From positions 1 to 64,000 of the forward strand of contig JAZJZK010000032.1 in NCBI GenBank assembly GCA_040389905.1: 64,000 nucleotides of DNA. The letters are read 5' to 3'. A model generated the notes under the pieces. That model made no database searches. It saw only the letters and a list, made by a program, of their open reading frames with translations, and was not told the origin of the DNA. Source of the DNA: Gemmatimonadota bacterium (lineage in GTDB: Bacteria > Gemmatimonadota > Gemmatimonadetes > Gemmatimonadales > Gemmatimonadaceae). Made by a program: the position numbers and the translations under genes. Of this stretch, positions 19,101-27,298 are shown piece after piece. Position 1 is the stretch's first letter. The number at the start of each line of letters is the position of its first letter.

Positions 19101-19370
19101 GAAGCCGATGAGACGCGCCGTCAGTGTAGCGTTGCCCGTACGTGCCGCAGGAATGTTGAGGGTGAAGCGTCCGTCGAGCCCCGTGAGCACACCGATCTGC
19201 GTGGCCTCGATGCCGACGGTAGCGGACGGGATAGGCTCACCCGTCTTGGAGTTGGTGACGCGACCGGTGATGACGGTCGCGCTCTGTGCGGTGGCGGTGC
19301 TCGGCGAACTGGCAGCGAGCGCCAAACCAGCCGTGACCGCAAGCAGCGTGCGGGACAAGCGGAATGACAT
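16137..19370 (-). CDS. SusC/RagA-family TonB-dependent outer-membrane transporter
   Basis: Signal peptide, N-terminal CarboxypepD_reg, LDEVVVTAL, plug PLFIIDGIP...LKGPNAAALYGSRASNGAVVITTK, LKPEQT, C-terminal FGFNVSVTP. Confidence 0.95.
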   Translation of the reverse strand: MSFRLSRTLLAVTAGLALAASSPSTATAQSATVITGRVTNSKTGEPIPSATVGIEATQIGVLTGLDGRFTLNIPAARTGNATLTARLIGFRMMRVNVTLNGARITQDFALVQQPAQLDEVVVTALSQQREKATIGTAQQTVSAEDLTKTQQPNLISAMSGKVAGLQISQSGNMGGSTRIVIRGASSILGENQPLFIIDGIPISNRGFSSASASGGRDYGSAISDINMDDVASLTVLKGPNAAALYGSRASNGAVVITTKSGRNQLRGVKFNFTSRATADQPSVLPNYQNQYGQGFTGEFNYVDGAGSGTNDGADESWGPKLDGRTTGCMFIVGQPGVYDKTKSCDQFTGKGQPWVAHPDNVSGYFRTGSTLSNNLNVTTSSDNAGGRLSITKDDIRGIVPNSSLSRLAGSLSANATFKEKLTLNASVQYTQNSGMNRPENGYTEGNPLMSFTWFGRQVDINAMKAQYYNQSSPYGFADGTLFGWNDNYHRNPWWQVFENPTPDSRDRVIAQLSANYEFAPWLSGVVRGGGDSFRFTAEEQFAKGNIDRADAGFNGAFTNNNLRSREANVEGLLTARKSVSRFDLTANVGGNTRRNDSYASSYGTRGILVPGIYNLANAGIAPSFSNSESHSAVNSVYGEGVLTTNGYWTVDVTGRKDYSSTLPKENAAYFYPSVSSSLVLSDLIPAIADNAVLSYLKIRGSWARVGSDAAPYQLATLYSGATTKFAGLPLYTLSNSSANSQLKPEQTTGKEAGLEFALFDDRLTFDATYYSKISRDQILNLTTAPATGFSSTVINAGQLSNKGYEFSATVRPIRSTTPTGLSWSSTFNFLKNNSMVDSLYPGLTTTTIASQWSSNIEARVGQPYGVLFGYAYARDSATGKRMLSGGLPYRNSVKQILGNVNPDWTGGWANELRYKAWSLNTLLDMRHGGQNFSVGNWWGQYAGILASTLEGREEDWDKPGLVIDGIDNVTKKPNTIRVTAEDYNHTVYPINEAGILNTGFVKLREVRLAWEAPQRFAAKVRASQLNIAFIGRNLKTWTDFPNYDPENASNAGNGAQGYDMGAMPTARSFGFNVSVTP

Positions 19371-19763
19371 TGTTCCGACCTCTCGGTGGAATTGAAGGCA
19401 GGAAACCACGCGCCCCGCTCCTCGGAGAACGACACGCATGGCTCCGTGACCCGCCTGGGCGGCGGACGGGATACAATATCCCGCGCCCCTCGATCCTACA
19501 AGAGCCTGCGCCACCCTAAGCGGGATGTGACGGAACCGCCCGTGAGCGAGTGACGCCTCCGGCCGGATGCGTCATTGCGCCGTGCGTGCAACCCTTTCAT
19601 CCCCTCCGACGTCCAAGCGATACACCGACCCCTGACGGCCGACAATGGCGTCGAGGTCCGTCACCTCTTTGGGACCGAGCCCACATCCTTGACACAACTC
19701 TTGCGCCTGGCGGCGTCCGCAGCATGCAGATTGGAAGATGATCTGGCCACCGCGGAGACGCGC

Positions 19764-20474
19764 ATGATCGATGACCCGCGCGTGCTGCCGATTCACCGGC
19801 AGACGCTGACCGGGATGGCACTCGACGCCGTGCGGGACGGCATCCTGCGTGGGCGCTACCCCGAGGGAGAACCCCTGCGACAGCGCGCCATCGCCGACGA
19901 ACTCGGCGTCAGTCGCATCCCGGTTCGCGAGGCGCTCCGGCAGCTCGCGGCCGAGGGGCTCGTGACGTTCAGCCCGCACCGCGGCGCCATGGTGTCGACG
20001 CTCTCCCTCGACGAAATCGTGGAGCTGTTCGAGCTCCGAGCGGAGATCGAGGGGGACTTGATCCGGAGAGCGATTCCACACATGGCTCCCGCAGACCACG
20101 CGCGCGCCAGGGACATCCTCGAAGCCTATGAGATGGCCTTGAAGAGCGGCACGGTGTCCGTCTGGGGCGAACTCAATTGGCAGTTCCATTCCGTACTGTA
20201 CGCCCCATCGGACCGTCGTTTCACGCTTGCGATCGTAGACAAGTTGCACAAGCACAGCGACCGCTATCTGCGGATGCAGCTGTCCTTGACGCACGGTGAA
20301 GCGCGCGCCCGTGACGAGCATCGTGCCATCCTCGTCGCAGCGGAGCGCGGGGCAGCGGAGCTCGCGACCCGATTGCTGCGCGAACACATCCTTGGCGCCG
20401 GCCGCTCTCTTGTCGGCTTTCTCGAGGAGCGACGTCAAGTCCGCAAACAGCCGCAGCGGATTCACGCATCGTAG
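19764..20474 (+). CDS. GntR-family regulator (FadR/FCD type), divergent from susC
   Basis: wHTH LRQRAIADELGVSRIPVREALRQLAAEGLV; FCD motifs NWQFH, EHRAIL, REHI. Confidence 0.92.
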   Translation: MIDDPRVLPIHRQTLTGMALDAVRDGILRGRYPEGEPLRQRAIADELGVSRIPVREALRQLAAEGLVTFSPHRGAMVSTLSLDEIVELFELRAEIEGDLIRRAIPHMAPADHARARDILEAYEMALKSGTVSVWGELNWQFHSVLYAPSDRRFTLAIVDKLHKHSDRYLRMQLSLTHGEARARDEHRAILVAAERGAAELATRLLREHILGAGRSLVGFLEERRQVRKQPQRIHAS

Positions 20475-20571
20475 TGACCGTGGTTCCCGACGCCGGTTTC
20501 AGCAACGGCGCGGGGAATTGTACATTCAGTGCGGTCGAATGATGTCGTTCATTCCCCAACAGGAGGCTATC

Positions 20572-20961
20572 ATGTCCGACATCGGAGTCTTTCGCACAAC
20601 CATCGAGATCGAGAATCATCTTCAGCGCGGAATCAAGTACGCGTTGAAGGACGCGCTCGTCGATACGGGCGCTGAGGCGACGTGGATCCCGCGCGCCGTG
20701 CTGGAGGCGCTCGGCATCGCGCGTGAGAAAACCTTTGGGTTCCGTACAGCCGACGGGCGGCTCATTCATCGCGATATCGGCTACGCAATCGTCCATGCGG
20801 GAGGCACGCAGACAAGCGACGAGGTGGTCTTCGCCGAGCCCGGAGACATGGTCATTCTCGGCGCTCGCTCAATGGAAGGGCTCAACTTGCGTGTAGATCC
20901 CCGCAACAAGCAGCTCGTGTGGGCGGGCCCCATCGACGCCGCGGCCAGCGTCGCCGCGTAG
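20572..20961 (+). CDS. Single-domain clan AA (retropepsin-like) aspartic protease
   Basis: AGGAGG SD; catalytic ALVDTGA, flap TADG, ILG motif VILGARSMEGLNLRVDP. Confidence 0.85.
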   Translation: MSDIGVFRTTIEIENHLQRGIKYALKDALVDTGAEATWIPRAVLEALGIAREKTFGFRTADGRLIHRDIGYAIVHAGGTQTSDEVVFAEPGDMVILGARSMEGLNLRVDPRNKQLVWAGPIDAAASVAA

Positions 20962-21096
20962 TCGGCGCGCTCCACGACGCGAGGGCCGCTAACCGTCGCG
21001 CGCTACCCGGGACTGGCCCTCCGGAGCCAACGTGCGCCGCGTTACCTTGGTGTCACTACGAAGGCGCCATCTCCTCACCTCGAAGTCCCGGGCACC

Positions 21097-22248
21097 ATGT
21101 CATTGCATCAGCCGCTCACGGTATTCTCCGACGACGAAGAGCAGTTTCGCGACGCCGTCGCCGGATTCGCCGCTGACGAAGTCAAACCGCGCGTCGGCGC
21201 AATGGAGCGGGCCGGCAAGATCGATCCGGAATTGATCGGGAAGTATTTCGAGCTCGGCCTCATGGGCATCGAAGTCCCCGAGCAGTACGGCGGCGCGGCG
21301 GGCTCGTTGACGATGGTTGCCATTGCCGTCGAAGAGATCAGCAAGGTCGATGCATCGGCGGCCATTCTGGTCGACGTGCAGAACACGCTCGTCAATTACC
21401 CTATCGCGCGTTATGGCAGCGACGCCCTCAAGGCGAAGTACCTGACGCGCCTCACGTCGGACACCGTCGGTGCATACGCGCTGAGCGAGCCCGGCTCGGG
21501 ATCAGATGCCTTCGGCATGACCACGCGCGCGGAGCAGCGCGGTGACGCCTGGGTGCTCACCGGCCGGAAAATGTGGATCACCAACGGCGCGGAAGCCGGC
21601 ATCTACATCGTATTCGCCAATACCGATCCGTCGCTGGGCTACAAGGGCATCACCGCGTTCATCGTCGAGCGGGAGTTTGCTGGATTCTCCGTGGGCAAAA
21701 AGGAAGACAAGCTGGGTATTCGCGCGTCAAGCACCACCGAGCTCATTCTCGACGGCGTCGAAGTTCCGGCGGAGAACGTGCTCGGACCCGTCGGCCAGGG
21801 GTACAAGGTTGCGATCGAAACGCTCAATGAGGGACGCATCGGCATTGGCGCACAGATGATCGGCGTCAGCCAGGGCGCACTCGCCGCTGCGACCGCGTAT
21901 GTGAAGGAACGCCAGCAGTTCGGCAAGGCGCTCGCCGACTTTCAGGGCATTCAGTTCCAGCTCGCCCAAGCGCGCACCGAGACCGAAGCGGCGCGACTCA
22001 TGGTGTATAACGCGGCGCGGCTCAAGGACTCCGGCAAGGACATCGCCATGGAAGGTGCCATGGCCAAGCTGTTCTCGAGCCAGGTGGCCGAGCGCGTGAC
22101 GTCGGTGTCGCTGGAGCTTTTCGGCGGGTATGGATATACCACGGACTACCCCGCCGAAAAGTTCTACCGCGATGCGAAGATCGGAGCGATTTACGAAGGA
22201 ACCAGCAACATGCAGCTCAACACCATCGCGAAGGCCATGCTGCGCTAA
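21097..22248 (+). CDS. Acyl-CoA dehydrogenase (short/branched-chain-like)
   Basis: YALSEPGSGSDA, GRKMWITN, KLGIRASST, ERQQFGK, FGGYGY, IYEGTSN. Confidence 0.95.
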   Translation: MSLHQPLTVFSDDEEQFRDAVAGFAADEVKPRVGAMERAGKIDPELIGKYFELGLMGIEVPEQYGGAAGSLTMVAIAVEEISKVDASAAILVDVQNTLVNYPIARYGSDALKAKYLTRLTSDTVGAYALSEPGSGSDAFGMTTRAEQRGDAWVLTGRKMWITNGAEAGIYIVFANTDPSLGYKGITAFIVEREFAGFSVGKKEDKLGIRASSTTELILDGVEVPAENVLGPVGQGYKVAIETLNEGRIGIGAQMIGVSQGALAAATAYVKERQQFGKALADFQGIQFQLAQARTETEAARLMVYNAARLKDSGKDIAMEGAMAKLFSSQVAERVTSVSLELFGGYGYTTDYPAEKFYRDAKIGAIYEGTSNMQLNTIAKAMLR

Positions 22249-23798
22249 AAGGGCGTCGTGCGACCCGCCTTCAACTTGATGCTGATGATGCCGTTCGCGG
22301 CGCTCGCGTCGTTGGCGAACATCGCCTGTGCTGCTGGGCCTTTGATGACCTCGATCGCCTCGATGTCATCGGGCTTCATCAGCTTGAGGACGTCGATGTT
22401 GTTCGACCGGACGCCGTTCACGAGAACGATGCCGTCGAACGTCTTCACAGACTTCGGACGGAAGCTCAGTGAGCCGTTGCCATTCTGAATCTCGGAGCTG
22501 CCGGGGCCGACGATCTTGACGCCGATGTTCTTCAGGGAGATCTCGGCCGTGTCAGCGGCAAGCTTGGTCGCGACGAGGCGCTTCTCCAGCGCGGCTGTCG
22601 AATCCGACGAGACGCTGGCCAGTTTGTCCTTGAGCGTCTTGATGAGCACCAAACTTCCAGCCGTCTTCTTCTTTACGATTTCCACGCTCGCGATCTCCGA
22701 CGCCTTGAGCTTTCGTGCGTCCGCGGCCGACGCATCGAGGCCGTTGACCTTGTAGATGACGGAGTCTCCAATGAGCGCTTGTCCCTGCGCGCTCTTCTCC
22801 AGGCTCGCGACATCCATGGTGCTCACTTCCGCCGACGTCGGCAACCGCGCTTCACAGGCGGCGACGATGGCAAGCGCGGCGATCGCCGCGAGTGAGGCAG
22901 TCCGTGCGACAAGGAATCGCGTCCGCGTCTTCTTCATGGCAAGCAATCTCCGCTCGAGGTGTGATGTGCGATCCGCCAGCGCGAGTGCGCCCACGCGGTG
23001 ACCGGCGCAGCGGCCGGCAATGTCAATCAGGAGCTCCCCATACGGTCTTGCCTGAACGCCGTGCCGCAACACACGCGCATCGCAATCGAGCTCGATCGCA
23101 AGCCGCAGACGAGAGAGCGACCACCAGACGGCAGGGTGCCACGGCAGCAACGCGGCCACGAGCCACGCGCCAATGGGCAACACCTGGTCGTTCGCGCGTA
23201 CGTGCTCACGTTCATGAACGATCACAAGCCGCTGCTCGTCTGCATTGCGCTCGAGGAGCCAATGCGGAACGACGATCTCCGGCTTGACCAGCCCAATGAC
23301 CGCCGGTCCGACTCCCGGCGCGATCCGCACGTCGGTGCCGTGCACCGTTGCTCTCGGCCACCTATGGCGTGCGCGATTCATTCGGCGGTTCACAACGATC
23401 ACGACGGACAACATGGTCGCAGTGAGCACCAGCCACGCGAGCAGCAGGCCAGTCGCGACCACCGGTGGGACGACCGCGTCGGCCGCACGGATTGCTCGTG
23501 CCACCGCGGCCACCACGGCATCTCGTTGCGCTGAGAGCGTCTGCAAGAAGGTCGGCGCGACAGGGCGTCCCTGCACAACGTGGGACAGCGTGTTGATCGC
23601 CGTGGGCAAGCGAAGCTGCGAGACTCGCGTGTCGCGCTGCGGCGCGAGAAGCGCCAAGGCCAACACGCCGCCGAGCGAAGCCACCCAGACCCACCGCGTT
23701 GGTAGTTTCGCGCGGCGGAGGAGCTCACCGAGCGCGTAGGCTCCGACGCTCAGCAGGGTTCCGACGAGGAGTACATACGATACCCAGGCGATCGTCAT
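22245..23798 (-). CDS. BlaR1/MecR1-like M56 metallopeptidase with C-terminal plug-like domains
   Basis: TM segments, GPAVIG, HEREH zinc motif, PWHPAVW, ELDCDARV, LERRL; C-terminal DDIEAIEVIKGPAA...ANGIISIK. Confidence 0.88.
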   Translation of the reverse strand: MTIAWVSYVLLVGTLLSVGAYALGELLRRAKLPTRWVWVASLGGVLALALLAPQRDTRVSQLRLPTAINTLSHVVQGRPVAPTFLQTLSAQRDAVVAAVARAIRAADAVVPPVVATGLLLAWLVLTATMLSVVIVVNRRMNRARHRWPRATVHGTDVRIAPGVGPAVIGLVKPEIVVPHWLLERNADEQRLVIVHEREHVRANDQVLPIGAWLVAALLPWHPAVWWSLSRLRLAIELDCDARVLRHGVQARPYGELLIDIAGRCAGHRVGALALADRTSHLERRLLAMKKTRTRFLVARTASLAAIAALAIVAACEARLPTSAEVSTMDVASLEKSAQGQALIGDSVIYKVNGLDASAADARKLKASEIASVEIVKKKTAGSLVLIKTLKDKLASVSSDSTAALEKRLVATKLAADTAEISLKNIGVKIVGPGSSEIQNGNGSLSFRPKSVKTFDGIVLVNGVRSNNIDVLKLMKPDDIEAIEVIKGPAAQAMFANDASAANGIISIKLKAGRTTPF

Positions 23799-24172
23799 GA
23801 CTCTTCCTCCTCGAGTCGCTCGGCGAGAAGGCCGCGCATCCGCTCCAGTTCTTCGCGACTGAGCTTTCGATCGGAGACGAACTGCGCGAACATCCGTTCC
23901 GCCGACCCGTGAAAGATCGCATCACGAATCCGCGCGATGGCGCTTCCGCCTGCCCGCTCGGCACCCACCAGCGGGACGTACCGGTAGGCGCGGCCGTGCG
24001 TCTCGTGCCCCACAAACCCCTTTTCCTCGAGCGTCTGCAGCGCGGAAAGCACCGAGGTGTACGCCAGATCTTCGTCGAGCGCTTCCCGCACTTCTGCGAC
24101 GGTTGCCGATCCAAGCCGCCAGAGGATGCTCATCACCTCGAGCTCGCGCGGCGGGAAGTAAATATCGGACAT
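23795..24172 (-). CDS. BlaI/MecI/CopY-family repressor
   Basis: RELEVMSILW..ATVAEV..LAYTSVLSALQTLEEKGFV..GRAYRYVP; ATGA overlap with the M56 gene. Confidence 0.93.
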   Translation of the reverse strand: MSDIYFPPRELEVMSILWRLGSATVAEVREALDEDLAYTSVLSALQTLEEKGFVGHETHGRAYRYVPLVGAERAGGSAIARIRDAIFHGSAERMFAQFVSDRKLSREELERMRGLLAERLEEEES

Positions 24173-24182
24173 GTTGCCTTTG

Positions 24183-24228
24183 GCTACTGGTTGTTCAGTA
24201 GCTTAATCCCGACAGAGATTGCTGTCAA
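24183..24228 (-). promoter_or_regulatory. Sigma70-type promoter of blaI-blaR with two overlapping operator-like palindromes
   Basis: Minus strand TTGACA(24228-24223)-17 bp-TAAGCT(24205-24200); GCTACTG-N6-CAGTAGC (24183-24202) and GACAG-N6-CTGTC (24211-24226). Confidence 0.72.
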
Positions 24229-24286
24229 CTGCTTTTTCAGTAGGTTGGCTGGGCACGGCGAGCCGTGGCTCGCCATGCCATCTGTG

Positions 24287-24907
24287 TCAGGCCGCCTCCT
24301 GCACCTTGAACACAACGCCAGCCAGGGCACCGCCCGCGAGCGGACCAACCCAATACAGCCAGATGTTGGAAAAGCCTTCGCCCCCGGTGACCGTGAGAGA
24401 CGTCCCGACGGCGGGATTGAACGCACCACCTGAGATCCCCCCGGCCGCGAACGCCGCGCAGACAACGGTGAAACCGATCGCGAGGCCGTAGAAGCCCTTC
24501 CCCTCGGTCTTCTTCGAGGTCGCGACGTTGAGGACGACCAGGGCCAGCGCGAACGTGTACAGGATTTCCACGAGGAGCGCTGACGTCGTGGAAACGCCGG
24601 CTCCGGGGTGAATTGGGACGGCTTTCCCCGTTATGAATGACGCGGTAAACGCTGCGACTACCCCGCCGAGTAATTGCGCGGCCCAATACTTCGCCATCTC
24701 GGAGGCGGTGAATGCGCCACGGACGAGCAACGCGAGTGAAACCGCCGGATTGTAGTGCGCGCCTGAGATGTGGCCACCCATGTACACCATGACCATCAGC
24801 GTTCCGCCGATCGCGAGGGGCGCCATCGGACTTCCCCCTGCTACGCTGAGGCAGACGGAGAGGACAAGGAAGAAGGTCCCGAGAAACTCTGTGAGCAGCT
24901 TTGCCAT
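24287..24907 (-). CDS. MIP-family channel (aquaporin)
   Basis: EFLGT, HISGAHYNPAVS, second motif GAFNPAV, WLYWVGPLAGG. Confidence 0.93.
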   Translation of the reverse strand: MAKLLTEFLGTFFLVLSVCLSVAGGSPMAPLAIGGTLMVMVYMGGHISGAHYNPAVSLALLVRGAFTASEMAKYWAAQLLGGVVAAFTASFITGKAVPIHPGAGVSTTSALLVEILYTFALALVVLNVATSKKTEGKGFYGLAIGFTVVCAAFAAGGISGGAFNPAVGTSLTVTGGEGFSNIWLYWVGPLAGGALAGVVFKVQEAA

Positions 24908-25108
24908 GGTCACCTGTCTGGGGAAGAAAGTTGGCAGTGGGCCAGCGGCCACATCCTATCACGAGCCCGAAGGAGTCGCAAATGCAGAGTTCGCTTCGCG
25001 CCGGGAACTACCGCGATCTTCGTCGCCGATCGGCTCCAACCTTCGTCGCCGGCCCGTTGTCGTAGGAGTAGCGCACATTGGTTGCGCCCCACCCCCTGGA
25101 GATCGACC

Positions 25109-25948
25109 ATGCGTTCCTCAACCCCGTACCGCGTACTACTCGCAGTTGCCCTGGTCGTGACTGCTGCCCCCGCCGTCGCGCAGCGTAGCTCCGCCCTGGA
25201 TGATGACCGCTGGCTCGACGAGTGCCGGCGCGGCTGGAATGACGACAGTCGCGGACGTGCCTGCGAGGTGCGCGTGGTTCCCATCAAACTTTCCGGCCGG
25301 TCCATCGATGTCGACGGACGGCAGAATGGCAGCGTTCGCGTCGAGGGATGGGACAACACCGATGTGAAGGTTGTCGCTCGTATCCAGACGAACGCGGAGA
25401 GTGATCGCGACGCGGCCGACCTCTTGAAGGACGTCCGCATCAATTCGGACGATCGGCGAATCACGGCGGACGGTCCGCGGACTGATCGGGGATGGCGAAA
25501 CCGCGATCATTGGTCGGTGAGCTACGTGGTGTATGTACCGCGTCGGTTCGACGTCGCGCTGGATGCGAGCAATGGCTCGCTCGCCGTGACCGGCGTCAAC
25601 GGACGCATGGATCTGCGAACCGAAAACGGATCGGTGACGCTCACGGACATCGGCGGCGACGTGCGGGCCCACACGCAGAACGGATCACTCAGCGTGCAGC
25701 TCGCCGGCGCCAAATGGGACGGTTCCGGCCTCGATGCCGAGACGCAGAACGGATCGGTGCGGATGGGGATTCCGTCGTCGTACGCGGCACAGATCGAAAC
25801 GGGCACGGTGAATGGCCACGTGACGACGGACTTCCCGGTTACACTGCAGGGGCGGATTGGCCGCACGCTGAGCCTGCCGCTCAATGGTGGTGGAACGCGA
25901 CTTCGCGCGACGACGACGAACGGTTCCGTGACGTTGTCGCGTCGCTGA
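25109..25948 (+). CDS. Secreted beta-strand-repeat protein (DUF4097/putative adhesin-like)
   Basis: Signal peptide; repeated (T/S)xNGS(V/L) units: QNGSV, SNGSL, ENGSV, QNGSL, VNGHV, TNGSV. Confidence 0.85.
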   Translation: MRSSTPYRVLLAVALVVTAAPAVAQRSSALDDDRWLDECRRGWNDDSRGRACEVRVVPIKLSGRSIDVDGRQNGSVRVEGWDNTDVKVVARIQTNAESDRDAADLLKDVRINSDDRRITADGPRTDRGWRNRDHWSVSYVVYVPRRFDVALDASNGSLAVTGVNGRMDLRTENGSVTLTDIGGDVRAHTQNGSLSVQLAGAKWDGSGLDAETQNGSVRMGIPSSYAAQIETGTVNGHVTTDFPVTLQGRIGRTLSLPLNGGGTRLRATTTNGSVTLSRR

Positions 25949-25953
25949 TGGGT

Positions 25954-27174
25954 TCAGAACACTTGCCACCATGGTACGGCGAGGACGTCCGGGGTGAGCC
26001 ATTCCAACGTCGGGCCTGTGTGGAGCAGTAGCGCTGCGCGGGCCTTTTTGCCGTACTCCTTTCGGAACGTCCGGAGGTGGTCGGCGTCGGAGATTCTTGG
26101 CCGCGCACTCGATTTCACTTCGATTGGCAGCAACTGCCCGTTGCTCTCGATGACGAAATCCACTTCCTCGCCAATCGCCGTACGCCAGTAGAAGATGTCG
26201 CCGCGATCTGCCCGGGAATCGCGCCACGCGAGAAGGTCGTGCAGCACGAGATTCTCGAGGTGAGCACCGTCGGCGTCGCCACCACCGAGGCGTAGCGCCA
26301 CGCCGGTATCACTCCAGTACAATTTCGGCGACTTGATCAAGCGCTTGGTCCGGTTGATCGCGTAGGCGGGGAGCCGCACGACGAGGTACGATGTCTCGAG
26401 CAGGTTCAGGTACCGATGCACCGTCGGTTGCGACAGCGCCACGTCTCTCCCCAGTTCCGTCTGATTGACGAGTTGGCCGAGCCGGTGGCAGGTCGCACGC
26501 ATCAACCGTCTGAAGTCGGAGAGATTTTCGATCGACGACAGCATCTGGAGATCGCGTTCGAGGTACGTCCGGATGTAGCCGTCGAACCAGATGTTGCGCT
26601 CCGCCTCGGTTCCCATATGCACCGCGGGGGTCGGAAAGCCTCCTCGACGCGCCAGCCCCTTCCAGTCTTCTCTCAGCTCCGGCTGCGCGGCGATGATCTC
26701 GAGCCAGTCCGCGTCATTCGCACCGAGGAGCTGATCCCAGAGTCCGCATTGGCCAAGGCCCATCTGCTCGCGCCGAGTCATCGGCCACAGGGTCAGGTAA
26801 CTCGCACGACCCGCGAGAGATTCGGACACCTTTCGCATCAGGAGCAGATTGGCGGAACCCGTGAGGAGGAACTGCCCAGGAATGCGACGACGATCGATCG
26901 CGCGCTTGACCGCACGCAGGAGATGCGGTTCGCGTTGTACCTCATCGATGGTAATGGGCTTGGTCCCAGCGACGAGGTGCTCGGGATCGCGCAATGCTGC
27001 GTCCGCGACGTCCATGTCATCGAGTGTCAGGTAACGGCGACCGGGCAGCGCGAGACTTTCAACAAGGGTGCTCTTTCCCGTTTGCCTGGCACCAGTGACA
27101 ACGACGGCGGGCATGACGCGGAGTAGTGCCTGGAGTGCGGAGTCGACAATGCGCGGTCTGTGCAAATCATTCAT
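25954..27174 (-). CDS. AAA+ ATPase (AAA_14) with wHTH and C-terminal DUF4143 PD-(D/E)xK-like domain
   Basis: Walker A GARQTGKS, Walker B IDEVQ, FLLTGSA, SESLAGR, GGFP, KSPKLYWSDTG, EVDFV...IEVKS. Confidence 0.9.
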   Translation of the reverse strand: MNDLHRPRIVDSALQALLRVMPAVVVTGARQTGKSTLVESLALPGRRYLTLDDMDVADAALRDPEHLVAGTKPITIDEVQREPHLLRAVKRAIDRRRIPGQFLLTGSANLLLMRKVSESLAGRASYLTLWPMTRREQMGLGQCGLWDQLLGANDADWLEIIAAQPELREDWKGLARRGGFPTPAVHMGTEAERNIWFDGYIRTYLERDLQMLSSIENLSDFRRLMRATCHRLGQLVNQTELGRDVALSQPTVHRYLNLLETSYLVVRLPAYAINRTKRLIKSPKLYWSDTGVALRLGGGDADGAHLENLVLHDLLAWRDSRADRGDIFYWRTAIGEEVDFVIESNGQLLPIEVKSSARPRISDADHLRTFRKEYGKKARAALLLHTGPTLEWLTPDVLAVPWWQVF

Positions 27175-27196
27175 GCCGTGAATGATAATCATTCAC
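27166..27196. promoter_or_regulatory. Fur-box-like palindrome within a triple ATCATTCA half-site array
   Basis: GTGAATGAT-A-ATCATTCAC (27178-27196) is a perfect 9-1-9 palindrome matching the classical GATAATGATAATCATTATC at 15/19; extra half-site at 27166-27173. Confidence 0.6.
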
Positions 27197-27298
27197 CTAC
27201 GGAATTACGATGTGCCATGGGTCGCCTGTATCGACCCGTACAGCGCTCGGATTACCTTCCGAGACCACCCCTTACCGTCCAGCGGACAGGACCGTCCC

